Below, piece after piece: positions 46,550 to 56,847 of a stretch of DNA of 57,827 bases. Below the pieces are notes generated by a model, which was not told where the DNA came from, searched no databases, and saw only the letters and a list, made by a program, of their open reading frames with translations. This DNA comes from Candidatus Obscuribacteraceae bacterium (lineage in GTDB: Bacteria > Cyanobacteriota > Vampirovibrionia > Obscuribacterales > Obscuribacteraceae): assembly GCA_044229845.1 (NCBI GenBank), contig JBGASG010000015.1:1-57827 (forward strand). Direction: 5' to 3'. Each line of letters begins with the position of its first letter. Position 1 is the first letter of the stretch. The position numbers and the translations under genes were made by a program.

Positions 46550-47539
46550 TTAAGTCGCCGCGCCAACCGGAGTTGCTGCGCTTCCCTCGGTAGCCAGATC
46601 CGCCCACAGCACTGTGGACAAGTAGCGCTCGCCTGTGCTCGGCAAAACGGTGCAAATTAGCTTGCCTTTGTTTTCTGGGCGCGCCGCGACTTGCAGCGCG
46701 GCATACATCGCGGCACCGCTGCTGATACCAACGAAAATACCCTCTTCCTTAGAAAGGCGTCGCGCGTAATCGATGGCGTTATCGTTCGTGACGCGCATCA
46801 CTTCATCAACGATCGAGAGGTCCAGCACTGACGGCACGAAACCCGCTCCGATGCCCTGTATCTTGTGTGGCGACGGTTTGAGTTCCATGCCGGCGAGTTT
46901 TTGTGTGAGCACTGGGCTGTCCGTCGGCTCCAGGGCGATGATTTGCACGGACGGCTTGCGCTCTTTCAAAAACTGTCCGACGCCGGTGATGGTGCCGCCG
47001 GTCCCAACGCCGGCAATGAAGATGTCAACCTGTCCGTCGGTGTCGCGCCAGATCTCTTCTGCCGTTGTCTCGCGGTGAATTTTGGGATTGGCCGGATTGT
47101 CGAACTGCTGCGGCATAAACGCGTTGTGCGTCGACTTGACTAGATCGTTGGCGGCATCAATGGCGCCCTTCATGCCTTGTGCACCCGGCGTCAGAACCAG
47201 CTGCGCGCCAAGGGCGGCCAGCAGTTTGCGTCGTTCAATCGACATCGTGTCAGGCATGGTCAGGATCAATTTGTACTTACGGGCTGCTGCAACGAATGCC
47301 AGCGCAATGCCGGTGTTGCCGGAAGTCGGTTCGACCAGAGTGGTTTCGCCTCGGCGGATTAAGCCGGCTTTCTCGGCTTCGTTGATCATCGATACACCGA
47401 TGCGATCTTTGACCGAACCGAGTGGATTATGCGACTCCAGCTTGGCTGCTACGGTCGCCTCGACTCCCTCGGCCATGCGGTTGATCTTAACCAGCGGAGT
47501 GTTGCCGATCAGCTCCGTGATGTCTTTGCCTATGCGCAT
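46550..47539 (-). CDS. cysK: Cysteine synthase A
   Basis: [45 protein letters not shown]. Confidence 0.97.
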   Translation of the reverse strand: MRIGKDITELIGNTPLVKINRMAEGVEATVAAKLESHNPLGSVKDRIGVSMINEAEKAGLIRRGETTLVEPTSGNTGIALAFVAAARKYKLILTMPDTMSIERRKLLAALGAQLVLTPGAQGMKGAIDAANDLVKSTHNAFMPQQFDNPANPKIHRETTAEEIWRDTDGQVDIFIAGVGTGGTITGVGQFLKERKPSVQIIALEPTDSPVLTQKLAGMELKPSPHKIQGIGAGFVPSVLDLSIVDEVMRVTNDNAIDYARRLSKEEGIFVGISSGAAMYAALQVAARPENKGKLICTVLPSTGERYLSTVLWADLATEGSAATPVGAAT

Positions 47540-47573
47540 TCAGTGTGCCCTCAGCTATGGTTGTTGATACGCT

Positions 47574-49292
47574 TTAGTGATTTTTGCGCGACTTGGTCGT
47601 CGATTTAGTCAGTTCTTTTTTGCTGCCGGATTTGCCGCCACCGGTCTTCTCCGATTTTGCCGCTTTACCCTTGCCGCTCTTAGCATTATTTCCCGCCGCT
47701 GCTTCCGTTTCTTCGCCGGCGCTGGCGCTGACATCGGCGTTGTCGGGTTCATGCTCATTGCCGTCAACGTTATCGGGTTGAGTCAGGTTCGCGGTCGTGT
47801 CCGAGTCGGAGTCGAGGCTCGCATCTTGCCGGTAAGGGTTCTCCTTCAGAAAGCGCTTCAGGAAATTGGATGCTTTGAGAAGCTCCAGCGGTTTGCCGTG
47901 CACTTTAGCTTCTCTCAAAACAATTGCTCTTTCCAGGCTCGACTTGCGCTGGATCAATTTCATCATGCCCTCGGGCGTGAATGAGAAAGTGACGACCGGC
48001 TGCGCGCCGTTCTCGCCGTCGGTGATTGGCTCAGACACGGTGTGTCCGTTCTCCGCCTTGACGAGCCAGCGGTAGGAAGTTCCGTTGGCGCTGTCCTCGA
48101 TGGTGAATCCCAACCCGGCACCACTGGCGGTGGCGGATTTGAGGCTTTCCGAATCTGCGTGTGCCGGCAGGAACTTTTCAAAGTAGTCGGTCGCAAGTTG
48201 ATCCGAAAACTGGAAGTCTTGCTTCAGCTGGCACGCCGTGATCGGGCGTCCCCAGTTCTCATCTCTGGCGGCGTGCAACGTGCGCTCGAAGTAAGCAACG
48301 TCGAGAATGGTCGGCGTCTGTTGATAACGCCCCATGACCTCAAAAAGATTGCGTGTTTTCACGAGAATGTTGTCGGTCAGCATTGTGCGAAGCACAGTGG
48401 GGAATCCGACGGCGTTGTCTTCAGCGGGGTTGGATTTGTTGCAGCCCAGCACCGAAGCCAGGTCTCGCACCCACTCGCGATTGAGTGTCGCTTGCGTGGA
48501 GACGAGATTGCAAATCTTCGGCCGGTTAGCATCATCGACCAGTCGGGCAAAAATCTGCACTGCGATGTCGCAGGGCAAAAACCAGAAGGTCGAATCAGGA
48601 TTGTAAGGAAACTCCAGAGCCTTCTTCTTGTCCTGGCGGCACTTGCCGGCTGCTGTATCGAGTTTTTCAAGCATCGTGTAGACGCCCGTGTAATTGACCG
48701 CCTTCCCGTCGGCTGTGCTGCCGGCTATCAACGGCAAGCGCACGAGATTCCAGTTGGTTGGTATGTTTTCCGGGTCGGCCGTCAAAGCCTTCCAGAGCTT
48801 TTGTTCGTATTGTTGAGCGACGCTTTCGAAATGAGTTAGCGGCTTGCGGCGTTCGCATTCGATTTCTTCCGGCACCACACCGTCAGTCTGCACCGCGCCC
48901 CACAGTGACGAAACGATGAAGGTCGGCACGTCTTTGAATTTCTTGTGCAGCTGTTCGAATTCGCTGGCGGCCCATGGCGCGCGCGAGACACGCTGTTCAT
49001 CGAAGTTTGGTGGCATGCCGCAAAAGATGAAGGCATCATATGTGGTGCCACGCACCGTTTCATTGACATCGAGCAAACGCAAGCGATCCTGAAAAGTGCG
49101 ATAGCGCTCGTGCCCGCCGAACGCCTTTTCGATTGTCGCCGTTGCGTAACTGCGCAGATCCAGCGGAGACAGGGCGAAATGCCAGGGAGCTTTAGTCGCC
49201 AGATGCACCTGCCAGCCGCGCTGCAAGAGTCCAGCCACCAGTGGTCCGGAAAAGCTTGAGACGGGTCCCCAGATATACGCCGTTTTGCTCAT
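47574..49292 (-). CDS. Degenerate extended-SDR (Rossmann) domain fused to SCP2-like lipid-binding domain and charged tail
   Basis: SDR landmarks (LL..GW.V, F.VSS, LVRLP.I.G, P.D) with eroded motifs; C-terminal KVHG...L SCP2-like end. Confidence 0.6.
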   Translation of the reverse strand: MSKTAYIWGPVSSFSGPLVAGLLQRGWQVHLATKAPWHFALSPLDLRSYATATIEKAFGGHERYRTFQDRLRLLDVNETVRGTTYDAFIFCGMPPNFDEQRVSRAPWAASEFEQLHKKFKDVPTFIVSSLWGAVQTDGVVPEEIECERRKPLTHFESVAQQYEQKLWKALTADPENIPTNWNLVRLPLIAGSTADGKAVNYTGVYTMLEKLDTAAGKCRQDKKKALEFPYNPDSTFWFLPCDIAVQIFARLVDDANRPKICNLVSTQATLNREWVRDLASVLGCNKSNPAEDNAVGFPTVLRTMLTDNILVKTRNLFEVMGRYQQTPTILDVAYFERTLHAARDENWGRPITACQLKQDFQFSDQLATDYFEKFLPAHADSESLKSATASGAGLGFTIEDSANGTSYRWLVKAENGHTVSEPITDGENGAQPVVTFSFTPEGMMKLIQRKSSLERAIVLREAKVHGKPLELLKASNFLKRFLKENPYRQDASLDSDSDTTANLTQPDNVDGNEHEPDNADVSASAGEETEAAAGNNAKSGKGKAAKSEKTGGGKSGSKKELTKSTTKSRKNH

Positions 49293-49424
49293 GTTTTACA
49301 CCCTTGCCGAGCCGGCAAAGCCGGGAGCTGAGGAATATTGTGTTTATGGAACGCGTATCAAGATACCACGCAGTCCTATATACGAGGCTCTGCCAGAGCC
49401 TGAAAGCAGGAAATGTTTACCGCC

Positions 49425-50177
49425 CTACTGGCGCTGGATGGGTTCGCTGAAATCCATGTTGGATTCGACGACTGCCGTGCCGGCCAGCAAATCTCCCAAT
49501 CGTCGCCCGTCAGCTCGTGCGTATGTTCTGTACGCCTCATATGGCACAACTACTGCAGTATAAATCGTACCGGCCAGCTCGATAGCGCTGCGCACAAAAT
49601 CCGACACGAACGGCACCGGAGCTACCTTTGTGATCGACACCGCCAGGTACAGAATCAGCGTGGGTCCGAAAATGACAACGTTCCGTTTGATCGATTGCAT
49701 AAAACTCGCAGGTTCGCCGGTCATGACATCGACCACTTGCAAACCCATCAGGTTTTTGCCGATGCCGCGTCCACCGAAGAAGAAGTCACGTACGACCAGG
49801 AAAATAACCATGGTCAGAGTCAGGTTCAAAAATATGTTGACAAACGGGATGAAGCTTACGACCACGCCGACAATATAAGCGGCGAAAACATCGATGAGTG
49901 CCGATACCAGCCGGCGCCCAAAATCGACGCGCACCGGTTGGACGAGAGTCTCCTGGTGAGCGTATTTGTCGAGAGAATCCAGTCGCTCGCGCCAGTTGGC
50001 TGGAGTCTGCTCGTTGTCTTGGTTCTCTTCGGAGAGTCGTCGGCTGCGACCGGAACGGGCACTGGGACGGGTGTATCCGGCGTCTTCCTCAAGGTCCTCG
50101 TCTTCACCGCCACGACCACCACGGCCGCCAGGTCCCTGGCCGCCGCGTCCTGGCTGATTTCTGAACCCTCGAGTCAT
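49425..50177 (-). CDS. RDD-family membrane protein
   Basis: RRLVSALID, GKNLMGLQVV, RN, RRLGDLLAGT.V. Confidence 0.9.
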   Translation of the reverse strand: MTRGFRNQPGRGGQGPGGRGGRGGEDEDLEEDAGYTRPSARSGRSRRLSEENQDNEQTPANWRERLDSLDKYAHQETLVQPVRVDFGRRLVSALIDVFAAYIVGVVVSFIPFVNIFLNLTLTMVIFLVVRDFFFGGRGIGKNLMGLQVVDVMTGEPASFMQSIKRNVVIFGPTLILYLAVSITKVAPVPFVSDFVRSAIELAGTIYTAVVVPYEAYRTYARADGRRLGDLLAGTAVVESNMDFSEPIQRQ

Positions 50178-50359
50178 GCTTGCCCGATCTGTGAAGGACC
50201 TCTTCGTGAATCAATCATAGACGACCGCGAAGAAGGCGGCGGTTGCCAATAGTAACCTTCCCATCTAAAGGTTGAACAAATCGTAAGACCAAAGCTGTTT
50301 TCGGCGATCAGAGTTAGGATGACTGATTGCAGTGAGCAAGAAACCGCAGGAAGGGCATT

Positions 50360-51562
50360 ATGAGCGAAACGGTTATCGTAGACGGTCTGCGTACCCCATT
50401 TGGAAAGCTCGGTGGCGCATTCGCCAATCTCAGCGCCGTCGATTTGACGCACCCTCTAATTCGCGAGCTGGTCGCTCGCAACGGCATTAAGGGCGAAGAT
50501 ATCAGCGAGGTGATCCTCGGACAGGTCGTCCAGGCTGGATGCGGACAGATTCCGTCAAGGCAAGCGCTGATAAAGGCTGGTTTGCCGACCACTTGTGAGT
50601 CGACGACTATCAATAAAGTTTGTGCATCCGGCATGCGATCCGTCACCATCGGCGATCTGCGCATTCGTGCCAACGAAGATGATGTCATCATTGCCGGTGG
50701 CATGGAATCGATGAGCCAGGCGCCTTACATCGTAGACGCCAATTCGGCGCGCTTCGGCAAGCGCATGGGACATGTGCAATTTAAGGATTCAATGTTGGCC
50801 GACGGATTAGAGTGTCCGATAACCAGCGTGCATATGGCTGTCCATGGTGCCAAGGTTGCCGAAGAACTGAAAGTCAGTCGTGAAGACCAGGACGAATGGG
50901 CGTTTCGCAGTCACCAACGGGCAGTGAAAGCAGCCGAGTCGGGAAGGTTCCAGAAAGAAATTCAACCCGTCTCCATTCCAGGCAAGAAAGGGGAAGTGAA
51001 AACTATCGACCGCGATGAAGCACCGCGTGCCGATACCACCCTCGATGCTCTAAAGGCACTGAAGCCCGTCTTCTACGACAAAGGCACAATCACCGCCGGC
51101 AATGCTCCCGGAGTCAACGACGGCGCAGCAGTGTTGCTGCTCATGAGCAAAGAAAAGGCCCAAAAGCTCGGACTGAAGCCGCTTGCCAAAATCGTCGGTC
51201 ACGCATCTCTCGGTCAAGACGTGCCATATCTGGCCACTGCACCAGCCCTGGCTACCAAGAAAGCACTGGCGCAAGCCGGTCTCAAAGTCGAAGACATCGA
51301 ACTTATGGAAATCAACGAAGCCTTCTCCGCGGTGGCGCTCACCTCCATGCGCATGCTTGGAATTGATCCGGAGAAAGTAAACGTCAACGGCGGAGCCGTG
51401 GCACTGGGGCATCCGATCGGCGCCTCAGGCGCTCGCATCATTTTGACACTGGCCAAAGAGATGGAATTGCGTGGTGCTAAATATGGTGCAGCGGCGATTT
51501 GCTCCGGCACCGGACAGGGCGACTGCGTGATTCTGTCACGCGAGGGATTGAATGGCGCTTAA
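50360..51562 (+). CDS. Acetyl-CoA acetyltransferase (second thiolase)
   Basis: INKVCASG, GGMESMS, NEAF, GHPIGASG, CSGTGQG. Confidence 0.96.
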   Translation: MSETVIVDGLRTPFGKLGGAFANLSAVDLTHPLIRELVARNGIKGEDISEVILGQVVQAGCGQIPSRQALIKAGLPTTCESTTINKVCASGMRSVTIGDLRIRANEDDVIIAGGMESMSQAPYIVDANSARFGKRMGHVQFKDSMLADGLECPITSVHMAVHGAKVAEELKVSREDQDEWAFRSHQRAVKAAESGRFQKEIQPVSIPGKKGEVKTIDRDEAPRADTTLDALKALKPVFYDKGTITAGNAPGVNDGAAVLLLMSKEKAQKLGLKPLAKIVGHASLGQDVPYLATAPALATKKALAQAGLKVEDIELMEINEAFSAVALTSMRMLGIDPEKVNVNGGAVALGHPIGASGARIILTLAKEMELRGAKYGAAAICSGTGQGDCVILSREGLNGA

Positions 51563-53663
51563 CAAGACGCAGGACGCAATCGAATTCGATCAGGATCAAG
51601 ACCAGGCAGCTGCGCGCGCCGACCAGTTAAGGCGCGAAATTGAACATCACCGCTTCCAGTACTACGTGCTGGAAAAGCCGGAAATTACCGATGCGAGTTT
51701 CGATGTTCTGTACAACGAACTGTTGGCGCTCGAAGAGCGGTTTCCTGCACTGGTGACTCCCAGCAGTCCGACCCGGAAAGTGGGCGCGCCTCCCAGCACC
51801 GAGTTCCGTCAAATCCAACATCGCATTCCAATGCTCAGCCTCTCCAATGCCATGGGTGATGCCGATCTCGATAAGTGGCACGACCGCATCGCCCGCTCGC
51901 TGGAACTTACCGCCGAGCAGGCGGCTACTCTGCGATATGTTTGCGAACTGAAAATAGACGGACTCTCGATTGCGCTCACTTACAAGAACGGACGCTTCGA
52001 AGAAGGTGCCACCAGGGGTAATGGCGACGTCGGCGAAGACGTTTCTCTCAATCTGAAGACAATTGGAGCGTTGCCGACAACTCTTAGAGCCGAGCAAGAC
52101 TTGCCGATGCCGGAACTTCTGGAGCTGCGCGGCGAAGTTTACATGCCGGTCACGTCGTTCAAAGAAGCTAACCAGGAGCTTTTGGAAAACGGACAGCCGC
52201 CTTATGCCAATCCGAGAAATGCTGCCAGCGGCTCATTGCGGCAGAAAAATCCGAAGGTGACTGCACAGCGCAAGCTGGCGCTCTGGACTTACTTTGCCTA
52301 CATCACCGACCCGAAGTTGGGCGAGCCACGCACTCATAGTGAGACGCTGGCTCTCATGGAACGTTGGGGGCTGCCTGTTAATCCGCACCGGGCTGTCGTC
52401 GAAGGCATCGCTGGAGTGAAGGCATTCTGTGCCCAGTGGGATGAGCCGCGGCATGGATTGGACTATCAAACCGATGGCGTTGTCATAAAAGTCGACGATC
52501 GCTCGTTGTGGTCGTTACTGGGTGCCACATCGCACAGCCCGCGTTGGGCGATTGCCTTCAAATACCCGCCTGATGAGCGGGAGACCATTGTCGAGTCCAT
52601 CGAGTACGAGGTCGGACGCACCGGCGCCGTCACTCCGTGCGCTTATCTGCAACCGGTCCAGCTGGCCGGCACAACTGTAAAACGGGCTACCCTGCATAAT
52701 TTTGAGCAAATTCGCCGCCTGGACGTGCGGGCCGGCGATACCGTCGTCGTGCGCAAAGCCGGCGAGATAATCCCGGAGGTGTTGCGCATCGTCCCTGAGC
52801 GCCGGCCTGCTAATTCGCAACCGGTGGTCGAACCGACCAATTGTCCCGCTTGCCAGTCCAAATTGGAGCGGCAGGGAGCCGAAGTCGTCCTGCGCTGCCT
52901 GAATTCCGCCTGTCCCGCCCAGGTGCAACGACGCCTGGAGCACTGGGTGAGCCGTTCGGCGATGGATATCGAAGGGTTGGGTGAGGTGCTGATTTTCGCT
53001 TTGCTGCGCTCCGGGCTGGTCTCGGATCCTTCGCAGCTTTATGAGTTGACGGTAGATTCTCTCGCCGACGTCGAACTCGACAAACCCACCGATGGTCGAA
53101 AGGCTCGCCGGATCGGCAAGGTCACTGCCGAAAAGATAATCGCCGGCCTTGAGAAGTCGAAAACGCGTCCGCTGGGCAATTTGATCTTTGCCCTGGGAGT
53201 TCGTCATGTCGGCTCATCTACAGGCGAACTTCTCGCCGACCACTTCGGGGACATGACGGCGATTATGAGCGCTACTGCTGAGCAGCTTGAGACAATCGAA
53301 GGTGTTGGACCTTCGCTGGCTGAGGGGATCATCGATTTCTTTGCAAACCCGGTAAACAAAGCTCTGGTGGAGAAACTTGCGGCACTCGGCTTGAACATGC
53401 GAAACGCCGCCGAACCCAGGGAAAAACTGGCGCCCACGCTGGCTGGCAAAACTTTTGTGATTACCGGCACGCTTGAAACCATGGACCGAACCGACGCCGA
53501 AAAGCAAATAAAAGCGCGGGGCGGCAAGGCTTCCTCTTCCGTCTCGAAAAAGACAGATTATTTGGTAGTTGGAGCAAATCCTGGCTCCAAGCTCGCTAAG
53601 GCGCAAGAATTAGGTATAACTGTTATTGAAGAGGCCCAGTTCAAGAGCCTGCTGGGAGAGTAA
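51552..53663 (+). CDS. ligA: NAD-dependent DNA ligase
   Basis: ELKIDG, TRGNG, NPRNAASGSLRQ, DGVVIK, Zn finger, HhH, BRCT. Confidence 0.98.
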   Translation: MALNKTQDAIEFDQDQDQAAARADQLRREIEHHRFQYYVLEKPEITDASFDVLYNELLALEERFPALVTPSSPTRKVGAPPSTEFRQIQHRIPMLSLSNAMGDADLDKWHDRIARSLELTAEQAATLRYVCELKIDGLSIALTYKNGRFEEGATRGNGDVGEDVSLNLKTIGALPTTLRAEQDLPMPELLELRGEVYMPVTSFKEANQELLENGQPPYANPRNAASGSLRQKNPKVTAQRKLALWTYFAYITDPKLGEPRTHSETLALMERWGLPVNPHRAVVEGIAGVKAFCAQWDEPRHGLDYQTDGVVIKVDDRSLWSLLGATSHSPRWAIAFKYPPDERETIVESIEYEVGRTGAVTPCAYLQPVQLAGTTVKRATLHNFEQIRRLDVRAGDTVVVRKAGEIIPEVLRIVPERRPANSQPVVEPTNCPACQSKLERQGAEVVLRCLNSACPAQVQRRLEHWVSRSAMDIEGLGEVLIFALLRSGLVSDPSQLYELTVDSLADVELDKPTDGRKARRIGKVTAEKIIAGLEKSKTRPLGNLIFALGVRHVGSSTGELLADHFGDMTAIMSATAEQLETIEGVGPSLAEGIIDFFANPVNKALVEKLAALGLNMRNAAEPREKLAPTLAGKTFVITGTLETMDRTDAEKQIKARGGKASSSVSKKTDYLVVGANPGSKLAKAQELGITVIEEAQFKSLLGE

Positions 53664-53673
53664 GTCAGCCAGG

Positions 53674-53955
53674 ATGCGACCGTTACCTATTCATCCGCTC
53701 GGAGCGGCAATCATCTTCGCGCTTTTAGCCATGGGTGTGCTGGGAGTGGTCGTCGTGCTGCCGATTGCCTGCATCCAGTTCACCTGGAACAGCCTTTCCT
53801 GGGCGGCGGATTGGTATTCCCAGTCTTATCACAGCGGTTTTACCATTCCCCAGATTAACGGCTTCCAGGCCGCCCTGCTCTATTTGGCTTTGGGACTGGC
53901 GCTCTATTTGACAGGCTGGGTACAGATAGATATAAGTCTGGATAATGCTGACTGA
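53674..53955 (+). CDS. Hypothetical membrane protein
   Basis: Two hydrophobic helices; lies in the ligA-oriented run of genes. Confidence 0.7.
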   Translation: MRPLPIHPLGAAIIFALLAMGVLGVVVVLPIACIQFTWNSLSWAADWYSQSYHSGFTIPQINGFQAALLYLALGLALYLTGWVQIDISLDNAD

Positions 53956-53988
53956 CTTGTGTTTTTCATGTGTGGAGGAGTTGGAAAC

Positions 53989-55098
53989 ATGACACCGGCT
54001 CGCAGAAATCGGACATTGGCAGCGATCGCCTTCGGCGCCGTGGCGGCGTCGACTCTCCCTTTAGTGCTGGCAGTTGTTTCTCCAACCGTTGGCGACTCGG
54101 CGCTGGCGCAAGGAAAAGATAAAGCAACAACCGATCCGGCGAAAAATTCGATCAAGAATGGCGAAACCGCCATGTACAAGAAAGACTATGACACAGCGAT
54201 CGACCAGTTCAAGCAAGCGATTTATTTCGCGCGCAACCAGTACAACCCGCTGGCCTGGAAATATTTAGCGATGGCCTACAAGGCGCAGCGCGATTATCCT
54301 AAAGCGATCGAAGCATTCAACACGCACCTGAAGCAAGTCACTGAACCGTCTGTGGCTGCGCGATGCGATCTCGCCGATTGTTACGTCAACATGGGTGATT
54401 ACGATCGTGCCCGCAAAGAGATTCAGAAAGCCAACGTCGAAAGCATCGGCGTCAGCGATGCCATCGTCACTACGCAAATGGCTAAGCTGGCGGAAAAAAT
54501 GGGCGAGTATGACAAGGCGCTCGATTACTTCGACATTGCCATCAAGCGAGATGAGCACCTCACCCCGGCTCTAATGGGCCGCGCCCGTATGGAGGTGCGC
54601 ATCGGCATCTCCAGGAATCAGGACATCATGATGAACAATGGACTCAAGCACTATCTCAACTTGATCGACAATCGACACAAGAACTTCGGCATCGATTACG
54701 AAGAGTGCTATTACAACATGGCGCAGGTCTATTACAAGAAAGGCGACCACCAGAATTGCATCGACCACCTGCATTATGCTCTGCAGGACACGCCTAATTC
54801 GTTCCAGTGCCACCTGGCGCTCGGCAAAGTCTTTGATGATGAAAAGCACTACTCATCGGCTGTCAAAGAATATGAGAAAGCCATCTCCAACGCACCGCGC
54901 GGAACCGACGTTGAGAAAATCAAAACTCGTATCATGTTCTTGCAGCAGAAAGCCGGCGGCGCAGATCAGCAGGCGCCTCCGACGATCAAACCTTCTCCGC
55001 TCATGCGCCAGCAAACCAATCAGCAAAAACAAGGCGGCAACAGCGGCGGTAATCCCTACGACAACAAGAAGCCGCCGTCGGGTGATTCCGGTTTCTAA
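53989..55098 (+). CDS. Exported TPR protein
   Basis: GGAGG RBS, signal peptide, TPR units. Confidence 0.9.
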   Translation: MTPARRNRTLAAIAFGAVAASTLPLVLAVVSPTVGDSALAQGKDKATTDPAKNSIKNGETAMYKKDYDTAIDQFKQAIYFARNQYNPLAWKYLAMAYKAQRDYPKAIEAFNTHLKQVTEPSVAARCDLADCYVNMGDYDRARKEIQKANVESIGVSDAIVTTQMAKLAEKMGEYDKALDYFDIAIKRDEHLTPALMGRARMEVRIGISRNQDIMMNNGLKHYLNLIDNRHKNFGIDYEECYYNMAQVYYKKGDHQNCIDHLHYALQDTPNSFQCHLALGKVFDDEKHYSSAVKEYEKAISNAPRGTDVEKIKTRIMFLQQKAGGADQQAPPTIKPSPLMRQQTNQQKQGGNSGGNPYDNKKPPSGDSGF

Positions 55099-56847
55099 CT
55101 ACTTAGACGAAGCTTTCTCTTCGAAGTAAGGGTTCTTCAAGAGCGGAGGCTTATCCGTTTCGCGAGGCGGCTTGCCCATCTCCAGGTCGCGAATGATCAC
55201 CGATGGTGATACCAGCGAGATGGTGCCCATGCTGCCCATAATTACGTTGTGCGGCTTCACGTCGTCGCCGACGGCAACGATCTGCTTCAGCCAGCGCAAA
55301 GTCGGGTTGACGAAAATTGGACCGCGTACGAGTGTCTCCTTGCCGTCATCAACATTGATTTTGTACACCATTAGCGGTGGCAATACCATGGCGCCGTCAT
55401 AGGATGAGCCGCTATAGCTGGTCTTCATGGCATTGCTGAAGCCTTTGGAATTGAAGACGAAGCTGAACATGTTGCACATGCGGCGCACCACCATCACTTC
55501 TTTTAAGCCTTCTTCCTTGCCGAGCTCGATCAGCTTTTTGCGCATGTCAGCCGCCGACAGTTTCTGGGAGGAGTCGATGAAGAGAATGCTGGTGGCACCG
55601 TAGCCGCCCAGTGAGTGTCCGTTGCTCTGTTTGATGGTGCGAGTCGGAATGCGGCTCATGCACATCGTCTTCAGAATGCCATTTTCGATCAACGTAATCT
55701 TTTGAGCTTTGACGCCGTCATCGTCGATCTTCCAACCACCCAGAAGCTGCTTTCCTTGATATTCGGTGGCATTGGGATCATCGACCACCGTCAATAGTCG
55801 CGATGTAACCTGCGAACCGATTTTTTCCTTCCAGGCATTGGTGCGGCTGGAAGAGCGATCTGTGTAATTGGTGTCGTTGGGGCTGCTCAAGTTTTGCGGC
55901 AGCAATTCCGAAAACAACTCTGCCGCCGCATCCTCCTCGAACAGAATCGGACCGGAGTATTCTTCAGCCGCGGGCGCTTTAGAGAGCATGATCAAATTTT
56001 GGATCATCTGCCGCTCGCCTTTTTCGATCTCAGCGGCCGTCGGCAACTCTGATTCCAGACGGGCACCGTAGACCAATGCATCCGAATAGATGGTGTTGTC
56101 GGGACCGCGCACGGCAGCCAGACAAACCAGATTGACGCCGGGGTCGGCGCCAGAGTTGCGCGAGCCCTCGGTGTTGACGAACCAGCGATTATCTATTTGA
56201 GCCAGCATGAAGACGCTGGACATTTCCACTTCCGGATATTCCTTGGGAATGGCCGAAAGTCTCTTCAAAATCGGTTTCCACTTCGCGTCGTTGTTGACCA
56301 GATCCATCGGTTTTTCGATGGAGACAACCGGTTCTTCCTTGGTCATTTCATCCGGTCGATCGGCGACGGTGGTCTGCTTAAGGTAAACCTTCTTCGATTC
56401 GAGATCTTCAACCGCTCGCTTGTAGGCGCGATCCGTGGCCATCCAGGCATCGAAGCGCAGAGCGTCATAGACATTCTCCGGCGTGACGTACCCGCCCCGG
56501 CGGCGATTGGAGCCGCTAAAGAGCGAGTAAGTGGTGTCATCGTACTTCGAGTTGTCCAGCTTGTTGTCGCCGATACGCAGGTCGATAGCCAGCTGGCGAT
56601 CGCGGCTGTCTTTGTCCGGAATCAAGGCGCCGAAATATGCACCAATCAGGTGGTACTGATTCTCGCGCAATGTATAACTCATGAAGTGCGGCTTTGGATG
56701 TCCGGGCAACTGCAGCTTATCCATGCTGCGCTGCATCTCGTCTTTCAATGCCGCGTCCAGGTCTTCGGCGCGCACGGCTGGTGCGATTAGTGATACCAGC
56801 GTCAGTGCGGTCAAAATATATGAAAAGGGGCGCTTGAGAAACATCAC
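55099..56847 (-). CDS. Exported TldD/PmbA-family protein lacking HExxxH (non-catalytic partner)
   Basis: ALKDEMQRS, Y.GPILFE..AA, VVDDP, DDDGV, LIENGIL, SNGH. Confidence 0.85.
   Translation of the reverse strand: MMFLKRPFSYILTALTLVSLIAPAVRAEDLDAALKDEMQRSMDKLQLPGHPKPHFMSYTLRENQYHLIGAYFGALIPDKDSRDRQLAIDLRIGDNKLDNSKYDDTTYSLFSGSNRRRGGYVTPENVYDALRFDAWMATDRAYKRAVEDLESKKVYLKQTTVADRPDEMTKEEPVVSIEKPMDLVNNDAKWKPILKRLSAIPKEYPEVEMSSVFMLAQIDNRWFVNTEGSRNSGADPGVNLVCLAAVRGPDNTIYSDALVYGARLESELPTAAEIEKGERQMIQNLIMLSKAPAAEEYSGPILFEEDAAAELFSELLPQNLSSPNDTNYTDRSSSRTNAWKEKIGSQVTSRLLTVVDDPNATEYQGKQLLGGWKIDDDGVKAQKITLIENGILKTMCMSRIPTRTIKQSNGHSLGGYGATSILFIDSSQKLSAADMRKKLIELGKEEGLKEVMVVRRMCNMFSFVFNSKGFSNAMKTSYSGSSYDGAMVLPPLMVYKINVDDGKETLVRGPIFVNPTLRWLKQIVAVGDDVKPHNVIMGSMGTISLVSPSVIIRDLEMGKPPRETDKPPLLKNPYFEEKASSK

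Noticed and set aside
49413..50252. 279-aa plus-strand ORF
   Set aside because: Antisense to the RDD gene; no recognisable motifs
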